From the NCBI RefSeq assembly GCF_004010195.1, contig NC_057718.1, positions 104,222,932-104,242,931 on the forward strand: a stretch of DNA of 20,000 nucleotides. Reading direction: 5' to 3'. The position numbers and the translations under genes are program-made. Every line of letters begins with the position of its first letter. The stretch's first letter is position 1. Below, piece after piece: positions 9,253-19,810 of this stretch. The notes below the pieces were generated by a model, which made no database searches, was not told the DNA's origin, and was given only the letters and a program-made list of their open reading frames with translations. The DNA is from Chiloscyllium plagiosum (Eukaryota).

Positions 9253-9910
9253 ATGACAAGGTTCTATTTTAACTTCCATATAATTCTGACCTGGAGGGTT
9301 TTGGGAACAGAGCGTATTAAAAACCGCATGTCATTGAGTATTGAGATTTGCAAAGAATTGAGATACTGAGCTCAGGTGTGGCACTCAGGTTCAGCCCTCT
9401 CACTGTGTTTAAAAAGGACTGTTGCACGTATCAGATGCTTCATCAACACATGCCTCCAAAGACTGATGTTCTCTGAACCTTATTGAAAGCCAGACATTGA
9501 CAGTTAAGGGTCTCCCAACTGAAAGGTGGTACATGCATTCAGGAGAGTGATCCTGACAATCTAAAATGCCAAAATACACACAAGGCAGCAGAGAAAATCC
9601 AGCTTTTGCAATCGATTTGTCAAGACTCACAATAGAGGGGAGTTAATGCAAGATGCCATTATTTGATTATTGGAAGAGCTGAGCCTGAAAGGTAGCAAGG
9701 AATGGCTTGACCAGTTACTCAGCAGCTCCACACTTGCTCTTATAAAACTGGTGTAACTTTTCCTGGAAGCGTTAGTGCTCAGCTCATCATTCACCCTACA
9801 CTGCTGGCTCCATAAAAACTCCCACGGCTGTTTTAAACTTGCAAGTCTCCTTTCTCAATAAAGCTTTAGACTGTGTATCATGTGCCAATTATTACGGAAA
9901 CTCCCCCTAA

Positions 9911-10491
9911 GTCATAGAGTCATACAGCACAGAAACAGACCCGTCGGTCCAACTCATCCATGCTGACATGATATCCCAACCCAATCTAGTTCCTCCTGCT
10001 AGCACTTGGCCCATATCCCTCTAAACCCTTCCTATTCATATACCCATCCAGATGCCTTTTAAATGCTGTAATTGTACCAGCCTCCACCACCTCCTCTGGC
10101 AGCTCATTCCATACACGTACCACCCTGTGCGTGAAAAAGTTGCCCCTTAGGTCCCTTTTATATCTTTCCCTTCTCACCCTAAACNNNNNNNNNNNNNNNN
10201 NNNNNNNNNNNNNNNNNNNNNNNNNNNNNNNNNNNNNNNNNNNNNNNNNNNNNNNNNNNNNNNNNNNNNNNNNNNNNNNNNNNNNNNNNNNNNNNNNNNN
10301 NNNNNNNNNNNNNNNNNNNNNNNNNNNNNNNNNNNNGACTCCACTTTCAAGGAGCTATGAACCTGCACTCCAAGGTCTCCTTGTTCTGCAACACTCCCTA
10401 GGACCTTACCATTAAGTGTTTAAGTCCTGCGCTGATTTGCATTTCCAAAATGCAGCACCTCACATTTATCTAAATTAGACTTCATCAGCCA
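9911..10491 (-). mobile_element. CR1-clade (HER1-like) LINE 3' portion spanning an assembly gap
   Basis: Minus ORF RYKRDLRGNFFTHRVVRVWNELPEEVVEAGTITAFKRHLDGYM (CR1 C-terminus) and a ctctatgac tail. 10337-10491 matches the reverse complement of 19825-19980. Confidence 0.92.
10185..10336. other. Assembly gap (N run)
   Basis: Run of N. Confidence 1.
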
Positions 10492-10507
10492 GGATGGGGC
10501 AATTGAT

Positions 10508-10946
10508 ATTTATTCTTTCATTGGATGAGAATGTAGCTTGGCAGGGTCAGCATTTGTTGCCCATTCCTAATTGCTCATTAAACTGAACATTTCAGCAGAC
10601 AACCACACTTCCATGGAGCTGGAGTCAAATGGGATTGGAATAATGATGGACACAATGGGCCAAATGGCCTCTCTTGCCATGCTGTTAAAACTCCATGCCT
10701 CACTATCTTGGCCAGACTAGATAAGGATGGCACATAGCTTTCTCTAAAGGGACATTGATGGACCAGACGGGTTCTTACAACAGACAACAATGTCTCACAT
10801 GTACAACAGACAGAAACCAACAAACAGCATTTCATTCCTGGTTTATGAATTGAATTGAATTTCTCCAGCTGTACATTCTCAGGGGATTATGCTGACTTTC
10901 TGGATTACTAATCCAGTGACAGTGTCACCCCATCACCGCCTCTCCA
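10508..10946 (-). mobile_element. Decayed near-full-length tRNA-derived SINE with a LINE-like 3' tail, containing a short CR1 tail insert (about 10631-10705, +)
   Basis: Minus head ...cactggattagtaatccaga, centre aatgtcccttt, tail caattaggaatgggcaacaaatgctg, as at 14520-14700. The insert acaatgggccaaatggcct...gctgt resembles the CR1/HE1 3' tail. Confidence 0.65.
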
Positions 10947-11160
10947 ATGGGGAAAGGGACGTTTCATGGTTCTCAGCTAATTCTCACCAAACCGTGCAGC
11001 TGTGTGTCTTGTCCAAGAGTCCAAACCCATTGATTGGTGTCCTGACTCAATGACTAGGTTATGAAGGTTTGCGCACCGAGAAACATTACAGCGAGTGTTG
11101 GGTTTTTTTAGTGGTAAATGCAGTAATGTAATTGGTTCTCCACTGAACTCATCAGCCTGG

Positions 11161-11725
11161 TGTCATACAGTCATAGAGATCTACAGCGCAGTAAAAGGCC
11201 CTTCAGCCCATCACTTCTGCTCCAGCCAAAAACAACCCTCTAACTATTCTAATCCCATTTCCCAACCCATGGCCCTATCTGTCTTGGCATTGCGAGTGCA
11301 CATAGAATCCCTGCAGTTTGGGAACAAGGCATTAGGTCCAACAAGTCCACCCACGCAGATCCATTCCCCTACTCTATTACTCTATGTTTACCCCTAACTA
11401 ATGCACCTAACCTACACATCCCTGAACACTATGAGCAATTTAGCATGACCAATCCGCCTAACCTGCACATCTTTGGACTGTGGGAGGAAACCAGAGCACC
11501 CAGAGGAAACACACGCAGATATGGGGACAATGCGCAAACTCCACACAGACAGTCACTCGAGGCTGCTATCGAACGTGGGTCCCTGACACTGTGAGGCAGC
11601 ATTGCTAACCACTGAGCCACTGTGTCACCCCATCTAATTGCTTCTTCAATGTGATAAGGGTTCCTACCTCTCCCACCCTCACAGGCAGTGAGTTCCAGGC
11701 TCCCACCTCCCTCTGGGTGAAAAAG
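11161..11725 (-). mobile_element. CR1-clade LINE 3' end split by an HE1-like SINE (parts 11161-11300 and 11632-11725)
   Basis: Minus ORF FFTQREVGAWNSLPVRVGEVGTLITLKKQLD; tcatagagat...ggcccttcagccca is the reverse CR1 tail. Confidence 0.8.
11301..11631 (-). mobile_element. HE1-like V-SINE, near full length
   Basis: Minus strand head gtggctcagtggttagcaatgctgcctcacag, V-domain ctgtctgtgtggagtttgc...ttcctcccacagtccaaagatgtgcaggttagg, and a CR1-like tail. Confidence 0.9.
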
Positions 11726-13330
11726 TGGAAATGTAATGTCAATGTATTGAAGACCCTGTGGTCATTTGTGTACCCAGGGATGGGAAAAGTCTGGTATTTC
11801 ATTGCAGAGGGCCTTTCTCCTGTGACTGGTCAGCGTGTCAGAGATTACAGTGCTCTTTAAATAGCAAATCTTGTTCCTTACCTTTCCTTCCTGACAAAAT
11901 CATGATACACAGTGAGGTTATACGATGCAGAGAGAGTGCAGCTCCTCTGGTTGACAGATTGAAGCACTGTGGAGGCCCAGGTAGAAGTACCTGAATATGA
12001 TTCCTGATACTATCACAGGACAGCCTTACAATACACAACAGGTTGCAAGCTGCACTTTAACAGCAGACAGACAGAAACACCAATACCAGGGAAAATTACT
12101 CCATCTAAAAACGGCTCACAGCAAATGGGTTGGATATATGTCTTAATCAGAGTGCTGTCTCAACTCCATATGCAGCATTGGCAGTAATCCAACCATATAA
12201 ATAAATACAATTGTTATTTTTAAAATATTGGTTTGGGACTTTCCATGACCTACATTAACTCATAAAGCGCAAAGCCAATATTATTGGTTGCCTCCGTGTG
12301 ATTTATTTCAATTTGAGACTGGACTTTTATAAATGGGCATCTCCCTTTAAGCACTCTGTGTGTATCTGGGGAGGGATAGGCCGCAGCACTGGGAAAAGGA
12401 ACACTTGTGTCTTTTCAATCTGCTTCAGTCCCCTTTATCTGCAGTGACCTTCAGTGGCTCTTCACTGAAGGTCATTTTAAAGACATTAGCTCCTTCAAGT
12501 ATTTCAGTTATTTTTGTAGTTGTTGTTACTTATTTATCAGCAGTCCCTGTAAAGCAATGCCCCTGGCATTATACTTTGAATGGAATGAACTGAGTTTGAA
12601 ACAGTCTTGCTGACACAATGAGAACGCTGACTCCAGGTTTTATGACAACCCACTTTAAGGAGGGTTAAAGGGTTAAAACCAAGAACTGGAAGTGACAGAG
12701 GCTAAATTGAGGGACAACAAACGGGTTGCTGTGGAGACAAAAGAAGCTGTCATGAACTTCCAATTTCCATGCATGTTCAAAGGCCCTCAGGGTAAACCCT
12801 GAACCCTGGCCAAAACATCATTATCCCGGCTTGCTAAGGACAACTTTCTGAACTGCATACAAGTCAGTGTGCCAAAACTGTCTGGGTGTGACTAATATAA
12901 CTGCAGAAAATAAGTTGATGCCTCTGAGGCAACATTTGTACAAACAGAATGTAGATACATGCATATAAATTCATTTTATGCAGCTGATGTCTCAACAGCT
13001 TTTATACGCCTTGACCATGTTTTCTTGGGAAGTCTGCCCATGAACATCTTTCTTCCATTAACCACTCTCATCATCAATCATCTGCAATTCTTCCCATTGG
13101 GGTTCAAATGCATGGATTAAACATGTGCTGGAAAACAGAGTGTCCTAGCGACACCTCTTCTTCCAAATTATAAAGCATCAACAGCACAGCAATGGGACAT
13201 TTAGCCCATTGTTCCATCCCCCCAGGATTTTCATGCCACCGTCTTCACCTTGGCATATCCCTCAATTCCTTTCTCGTGTACTCGCTTTTCTCAGTTCCTC
13301 TGAAATGTGCTCACTATCTCAAACTGTCCC

Positions 13331-13585
13331 ATAGTGACTCAGTGGTTAGCACTGCTGCTTTACAGAGCCAGAGTTGCCAGTTCAATCCCAGTGTCAGGAG
13401 ACTGCCAGTATGGAGTTTACACATTCTCCCGTGTTTGTGTGGGCTTCCTCTAGACACTCTCGATTGCCTCCCATTGTGCCGGCTAAGTGGATTAGTCATG
13501 GGAAATGCAAGGTTACAGGGACTTGGTGTTTGGAGGGTCAGCCTGGGCTGAATGGCCTGTTTCCACACTGCAGGAATTCTATTTA
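13331..13585 (+). mobile_element. HE1-like V-SINE, decayed
   Basis: ctcagtggttagcactgctgctttacag...tggagtttacacattctccccgtg...gggctgaatggcctgtttccacactg. Confidence 0.85.
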
Positions 13586-13808
13586 ATTCCCCAAGATTAT
13601 GAGCAGCATCCCTAAATTTTCAGGGCTAGAAATGTGTAAATCCATTTCATTCAACAGATTTTACAGCAGCTCATCAGAAAAGTGCCATCCCAAACAGCAC
13701 AGAGTTGCTGTGAATAATGAGCATATAATTCATTGGTTTTTTTGAAAATAATGTTTACTTTTAGGATTTAAACTTGCAGTTGTGAAAAAATAGGAAACAT
13801 TGAGAAAC

Positions 13809-14113
13809 GGGGCAGCATGGGTGGCTCAGGGACTCAGGTTCGATTCCAGCCTCAGGCAACTGTCTGTGTGGTGTTTGCACATTCTCCCTGTGTCTGTGTG
13901 GGTTTCCTCCAGGTTCTCTGGTTTCCTTCCACAGTCACAAAGATGTGCAGGTTAGGTGCATTGGCCACGGTAAATTGCCCGTAGTGTTAGGTACATTAGT
14001 CAGGGGTAAACATAGGGTAGGGGAATGGGCCTGGGTGAGTTACTCTTCAGAGGGTCAGTGTGGACTTTTTGGGCCAGATGGTCTGTTTCCACCCTGTAGG
14101 GAATTGAATCTAG
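13809..14113 (+). mobile_element. HE1-like V-SINE with a deletion in the tRNA head
   Basis: ggggcagcatgggtggctcag|ggactcaggttcgattcc, then the V-domain and the tail gggccagatggtctgtttccaccctgtagg. Confidence 0.9.
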
Positions 14114-14519
14114 TTGAGAAACTGATAAGCAGCCATGAAGTATTGCAATTCAAAGAGGCCTAGAATTAATTACTGTTAATTTTGTTTGTCTTACCAAGTC
14201 AGGGTTGATAGTGAAATAAGTTTAAACAATTAACGATCCAGCTCCAAGATGCAATAGAACAAAGAGTCTTCAGGGAAGATCCATTCAAAATATAAATTAC
14301 TACACCCAGGTGTAGAATCAAAGAGTTATGTTGAAGGTAAAATAAGTAGTTTGCATAGCTGCTTAAATCATCCCAATGTGTGCCATTTTGCCATATAGGA
14401 TAGAGTCCTGGTAAGAACGTCATTTTGTTTAATTTATCTACGCATGGCTGCTAACAATAACAGTTTGGGTTCCGTGAAGAAACATTAACCAGAAGATTAA
14501 CTTGTGCTTGCAGGTGTAC

Positions 14520-14700
14520 GAATGTCCTTTAGGGAAGGTAACTGCTGTCCTTACCTGATGTGGTCTACATGTGACTCCAAACCCACAGCAATGTGGGTGA
14601 CTCTCAAATACCCTGTGGGCAATTATTCCTCTGGGGAATTAGGGACGGGCAATAATTGCTGGGCTGGCCAGCAAGTCCCTCATCCCGTAAATGAATAAAA
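14520..14700 (+). mobile_element. 5'-truncated SINE with a tail shared with the CR1/L2-group LINE
   Basis: aatgtcctttagggaagg...gtgactccaaacccacagcaatgtgg...aattagggacgggcaataattgctggg...aatgaataaaa; the tail matches the reverse complement of 6890-6955. Confidence 0.8.
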
Positions 14701-15630
14701 GTTTGAGGAAGTAATCGACAGTGGTGCTCAAAGAGCTTTGTGGGAGAAGGAAAGAGCGGGACAGAAGCTATCCTGGGAAAAGGCTGTTCCTATATCTCCA
14801 AAGCTAGGACAAGAAGTCAACAGTTGTGAAGTCTTTAAAGCGAGTTTTGAGTACTTTAGCCAAAGATTAATGGAAGGATCCTCACCAAACTGTTACCTCA
14901 AGGAACAGCTAGAACACTAAAGGAGAACTAAGGGCTGTGGCATGCCTTTGGATTGAGCCCTCCAGATTTTGAAAGGCAAGTGAACTCTTTGGGGAGAAAT
15001 AAAAAGTTTAATGGAGTATACAGCATAAGTCTTTACAAACTGTAATGTTAATGGGGGCTTACTTTGGTTAACTCTTTTTGATATAACATTTGTTTTTGTT
15101 TAAAATGTAACATCTTGTGGTGCAGTTCTATTGGTTAATTGTGGGGTGTTCAGATTTTTTTCATTAAATGTTAACGGTGTGTGACAGGTTTGTCACGGAA
15201 CGCTGCACAAAGCTACATAATAAGGAGTTGGACTGAATATGTTCGATATGTGCAGACTTCCCTTTATACTCTTCCCACGAGATATCACACGTCTATATAT
15301 TCCCTTTAAGCCTATTGCATTGATAAAGTTTTTAATTATTCCAGAGAAATGTTCACCCTCTTACTCGGTGTAGAAGTGACCAAAGATGTTTGCGTTGATG
15401 TTGCTGGATCAGTGCAATCATTCTGCAAAGCAGACCCTGTTCCTCAGATACTGGACTGAAGTGCCAGACTACAATGAGGAGGGAGGCCTTTCGGGCTATC
15501 GAGCCCATACCAGACAGAGCTTTCCATATCACCCGGCTTCTCCCACCTTTTCTTCACATCGGTTACAAATCCCCTTTGCGCTGACGGTAAATCACAGACA
15601 GGGATGCGGAGGGTCGCCATGTCAGAGGGG

Positions 15631-15701
15631 AAGACGAATGGTCACTGGATCCAAAACATTAACTCGGTTTCTCTCTCCACAAATGCTCCTGGATCTGCTG
15701 A
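15631..15701 (+). mobile_element. Penelope-like terminal fragment (subfamily C), decayed
   Basis: ggtcactggatccaaaacattaactcggtttctctctccacaaatgct parallels 2278-2325. Confidence 0.6.
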
Positions 15702-15799
15702 GGGCACAGTAAGACACTCCAGCCACAGCTCCTCAGCTCCACCCTTTTTTTTTCTCTTTTTCTGCAGTTTTCATTTTCAAACTTAAACTTACCCCTCAT

Positions 15800-16180
15800 T
15801 GGCAAGACCCAGAGGGGAGTCCCAGAGCGGAGGCCTGTGCAAGGGAAGGGGGTCCCGGAGCGGAGGCAAGGCCACTGGGGACTGGAAGCCTCGAGGTTTG
15901 AAACCTGGGATGTCTGGAGGCTGGGCCCGGGATGTCTGGAGGCTCGGTTCAGGCTGTCTGAGTGGTCTGGTGGTTCAGTGCTGGGACAGACTTGGTGAAA
16001 AGAATAAAATTCATTAACTTTTTTTTAAAAACTTCTCTATTCTTTTGCAAAACTTTTATTTATTACTCTTTCGAGTCTGTAACACACATGTAAGTGTCTG
16101 TACCGAGCTACCCTCTACCTAGGATGGTGCCAAAGTAATGGCATTACAGACAATAAAGCTGGCTCAATTCGATTCAATTT
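15800..16180 (+). repeat. Unclassified probable interspersed repeat: GC-rich body, AT-rich stretch, gacaataaa plus a (caatt)-like tail
   Basis: Internal duplication gggatgtctggaggct (15907-15922, 15929-15944) and tcccRgagcggaggc twice. The end resembles Rex1-type 3' termini (compare 310-345). Confidence 0.35.
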
Positions 16181-16335
16181 ATAGTCATAGAGACGTACAG
16201 TATGGAAACAGACCCTTCGGTCCAACCCGTCCATGGCGACCAGATATCCCAACCCAATCTAGTCCCACCTCCAGCACCCGGCCCATATCCCTCCAAACCC
16301 TTCCTATTCATATACCCATCCAAATGCCTTTTAAA
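16181..16335 (-). mobile_element. CR1 (HER1-like) extreme 3' end
   Basis: Highly similar to 9911-10063; minus peptide FKRHLDGYMNRKGLEGYGP. Confidence 0.9.
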
Positions 16336-16440
16336 CCCGGGTTCAGTTCCCACCTCAGGCGACTGTCTGTGTGGAGTTTGCACGTTCTCCCCGTGTCTGC
16401 GTGGGTTTCCTCCGGGTGCTCCGGTTTCCTCCCACAGTCC
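16336..16440 (+). mobile_element. HE1-like V-SINE, 5'-truncated, running into the gap
   Basis: ccgggttcagttcccacctcaggcgactgtctgtgtggagtttgcacgttctccccgtgtctgcgtgggtttcctccgggtgctccgg; CpGs retained, so probably young. Confidence 0.9.
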
Positions 16441-16816
16441 NNNNNNNNNNNNNNNNNNNNNNNNNNNNNNNNNNNNNNNNNNNNNNNNNNNNNNNNNNNN
16501 NNNNNNNNNNNNNNNNNNNNNNNNNNNNNNNNNNNNNNNNNNNNNNNNNNNNNNNNNNNNNNNNNNNNNNNNNNNNNNNNNNNNNNNNNNNNNNNNNNNN
16601 NNNNNNNNNNNNNNNNNNNNNNNNNNNNNNNNNNNNNNNNNNNNNNNNNNNNNNNNNNNNNNNNNNNNNNNNNNNNNNNNNNNNNNNNNNNNNNNNNNNN
16701 NNNNNNNNNNNNNNNNNNNNNNNNNNNNNNNNNNNNNNNNNNNNNNNNNNNNNNNNNNNNNNNNNNNNNNNNNNNNNNNNNNNNNNNNNNNNNNNNNNNN
16801 NNNNNNNNNNNNNNNN
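16441..16816. other. Assembly gap (N run)
   Basis: Run of N. Confidence 1.
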
Positions 16817-17845
16817 TTCAGGATTGGTGTTGGAGAAAGACATGGAACTCGAGAACGTGGGAAAATAAATGGTGATGTATTCAAAAAGAGTTCAAGTGGG
16901 AGAGCCGAAGTGCTCGTTGTCTTTAAATACAAAATGGTAGATAAAACAATGGGATATTATCAGATGTATCTCAGCATCTTGGGGGAAGATAGGCAAGAAA
17001 TTGTGCAGCACTCGTAGAGGTTTTTATATCTTTGATAGCCACTGAAGGCAAGTGTGACTGATGATTGGGATGGGTAAGTTGAAGAAGAGTCTGGAAGACA
17101 GGAATGTTATGCATTTGGAAAGGCAAGAATGGATTAGCGACAGTCAGCATGGTGTTTTGCATAGCAAATCATGTCTAACAAACCTGACTGAATTTTTGAG
17201 AACGTAGACAAGTGATAGATCCATGCAGAGCAGCAGACATTGTCAGTATGGCTTTCCGAAAGCCCTTTGACAAGTTTCTGCATGGCAGATGGTTATTAGT
17301 TCTGGACACTCATCATCATCGAGCGCTCACTAACTGGATACAAATTGGATTGACGGGAGAAGAAAGAATTCATTCATAGAGGTTTACTGCTCAAAATGCA
17401 GGCTTGTGACCAACGGTGTGCCGTGGGGTTCAGTGCTGGATTCACTCTTGCGCATCAATCATATATACGATTTGGACGAGAATAAAAGAGTCATGGTTAG
17501 TAAGTATGTGGTGACAATGAAGTTGGTCGTAAAGTAAACAGTGAAGAGGGGTATATAAAAGTACAGCGGGATCAACAGTACTGCTGGGCCAGTGAGTCTC
17601 GGAATAGCTGGTGGAGAAATGCACGATGTTGCATTTTGCCAAGGCAAACCAGGGCGGGCCTTTTAAGTTCATGTTAGAACCTTAATAGGACGTGGGGATG
17701 CAGATGCACAGTTCGTTGAAAGTTGCATCATAGCTCGATAGGCTGTTGAAACAGGCGTTTGGGATGTTTGCTTTCATTGGTCAGAGGATTGAGAATAGAA
17801 GTTGAGATGTCATGTTGTGTCTGTGCAGGACATTTGAGAGGCCAA
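16817..17845 (+). mobile_element. Old, heavily mutated CR1 LINE (RT region)
   Basis: Remnants of DSQHG..KSCLTNLTEF, FDKFLHGR and GVPWGSVL, plus gttgcattttg, collinear with the younger CR1 at 18970-20000. Confidence 0.85.
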
Positions 17846-17859
17846 CACAAATGCATCTG

Positions 17860-18052
17860 GATAAACATATCTAGTTCACGTGTGTCCTTTAGGGAAAGAC
17901 ATCTGACATTGTAACGTGGTCTGGCTAACATGTAACTCCAGGCCCACAAAAATATGGCTGTCTCTGTGCTGCCCTCTGGGCAATTCGCAGGACAGCAAAG
18001 AATGCTCGTCCAATCAATGACATTCTCAGCGAATGAATGACTAAATAAAAAG
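17860..18052 (+). mobile_element. Decayed SINE 3' half (same family as 14520-14700)
   Basis: gtcctttagggaaag...acatgtaactccaggcccaca...gccctctgggcaatt...gaatgaatg. Confidence 0.75.
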
Positions 18053-18926
18053 TCCTATTTCCATCGCTACCTCTGCAAACTGCTCCAGCTGCAGAAATTT
18101 GTACTGGCTTTTTAACATTATTCAGGCCCTAGCCACTTTCTGTCAAACTCTCACCACCTCCAGCACGTTCAACTCTCCAGGTTCCTATTATCTCATTAAA
18201 CTCTTACAATCGCTCCTCTTTCTACTGCGATCCTCCTGCTGGCAGACTACTTGCGATCCCCTTAACAAATACTTGCATGTTTCTGAAACTTTGGTTTCTG
18301 CAGAATTGTTTGATTTTTTGTCTTCTGAGCATGTCTTCATCAAATCTGATCCTTTCCATCCTGCATGAAGCACAGGTGGGAATGTCTTGCTGATGTGTTG
18401 CATTCATGTTGAATATGATACAGTTCCTTCAAATGTTATCCACTGTTCATTTCCAGTCACACATCTCAATCTGTTTATCCTAACTACCATGCTCAGTTCT
18501 CCTCTCAAACTCGTGCAATTGGCTTTGTTTCCTATTGTAGGATGTGCTTTATGGTCAATTTAAAACTTCATAATCTCTTTGAATTCCTCTATACTGCAAT
18601 TTCCTGGAGAATCGCTCAGTGTGACATCATCACTTCACTCAGCTTCACCACTCAATGGTCGATCTGAGACAGTTACGTCCCTCGACAGTTGGACAATGTG
18701 TTACTCAAAAAAATACCGGCAGAAACATGCTTTGGACTCCTCTTCGAATATCACTCTTGCCAGTGAGACTATCCCGGATTATACAAAGATTGAACTATTC
18801 CAAAGTTATCAAAGCCTTTGTTACAAACTCCAATGAATTTCTGTTCAATACAGAGATGAGCAATAAAATGTTGGTAGGGAGCGGAAAAACTGCTACCCTG
18901 CTTTTGCTTTTGAGACGGATTTCCCA

Positions 18927-18969
18927 NNNNNNNNNNNNNNNNNNNNNNNNNNNNNNNNNNNNNNNNNNN
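18927..18969. other. Assembly gap (N run)
   Basis: Run of N. Confidence 1.
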
Positions 18970-19810
18970 ACTCTGCCCTCATCAATCCTCTTTGTTACTT
19001 CTTCAAAGAACTCAGTCAAGTTTGTGACACATGATTTCGCACGCACAAAGCCATGTTGACTATCCCTAATCAGTCCTTGCCTTTCCAAATACATGTACAT
19101 CCTGTCCCTCAGGATTCCCTCCAACAACTTGCCCACCACAGACGTCAGGCTCACTGGTCTATAGTTCCCTGGCTTGTCCTTATCAGAGCTGAAAATGTGT
19201 TGCTGGAAAAGCGCAGCAGGTCAGGCAGCATCCAGGGAACAGGATGAAGAAGGGCTTATGCCCGAAACGTCGATTCTCCTGTTCCCTGGATGCTGCCTGA
19301 CCTGCTGCGATTTTCCAGCAACATATTTTCAGCTCTGATCTCCAACATCTGCAGACCTCACTTTCTTCTTGTCCTTACCACCCTTATTAAACAGTGGCAC
19401 CACATTTGCCAACCTCCAGTCTTCTTGCACCTCACCTGTGACTATCGTTGATACAAATATCTCAGCAAGAGGCCCAGCAATCACCTCTCTAGCTTCCCAC
19501 AGAGTTCTCGGATACACCTGACCAGGTCCTGAGGATTTATCCACCTTTATGCATTTCAATACATCCAGCACTTCCTCCTCTGTAATATGGACATTTTGCA
19601 AGGTGTCACCATATATTTCCCTACAATCTACATCTTCTATATCCTTTTCCACAGCAAATACTGATGCAAAATACTTGTTTAGTATCTCCCCCATTTTCTG
19701 TGGCTCCACACAAAGGCCTCCTTGCTGATCTTTGAGGGACCCTATTCTCTCCCGAGTTACCTTTTGTCCTTAATGTATTTGTAAAAACCCTTTGGATTCT
19801 CCTTAACTCT
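18970..19810 (-). mobile_element. Young CR1 (HER1-like) ORF2 fragment, N-terminal RT region, split by a PLE insertion
   Basis: Minus ORFs LNKYFASVF...KVDKSSGPGQVYPRTLWE...DWRLANVVPLFNKGGKDK and SLTSVVGKLLEGILRD...SQHGFVRAKSCVTNLTEFFEEVT. Confidence 0.95.
19183..19367 (+). mobile_element. Miniature fold-back Penelope-like element (B-related subfamily) with arms 19182-19244 and 19277-19339 and a hammerhead remnant in the loop
   Basis: 63 bp arms; loop UGAAGA-A-GGGC-UUAU-GCCC-GAAACGUC (first C of the core lost at the junction); 28 nt tail. Perfect TSD cttgtcctta at 19173-19182 and 19368-19377. Confidence 0.88.

Noticed and set aside
11580..11631. tRNA gene
   Set aside because: It is the tRNA-derived head of the HE1-like SINE, with no complete cloverleaf.
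14700..15200. Possible solo LTR remnant
   Set aside because: Only a compositional impression; no TG...CA ends, TSD or second copy could be identified.
16138..17017. Long ORFs of 162-271 aa
   Set aside because: Artefacts of reading through the N gap; the flanks are SINE/LINE sequence.
18060..18926. Several 60-134 aa ORFs, or a very old CR1 endonuclease region
   Set aside because: No convincing motif in any frame; too decayed to call without an HMM search.
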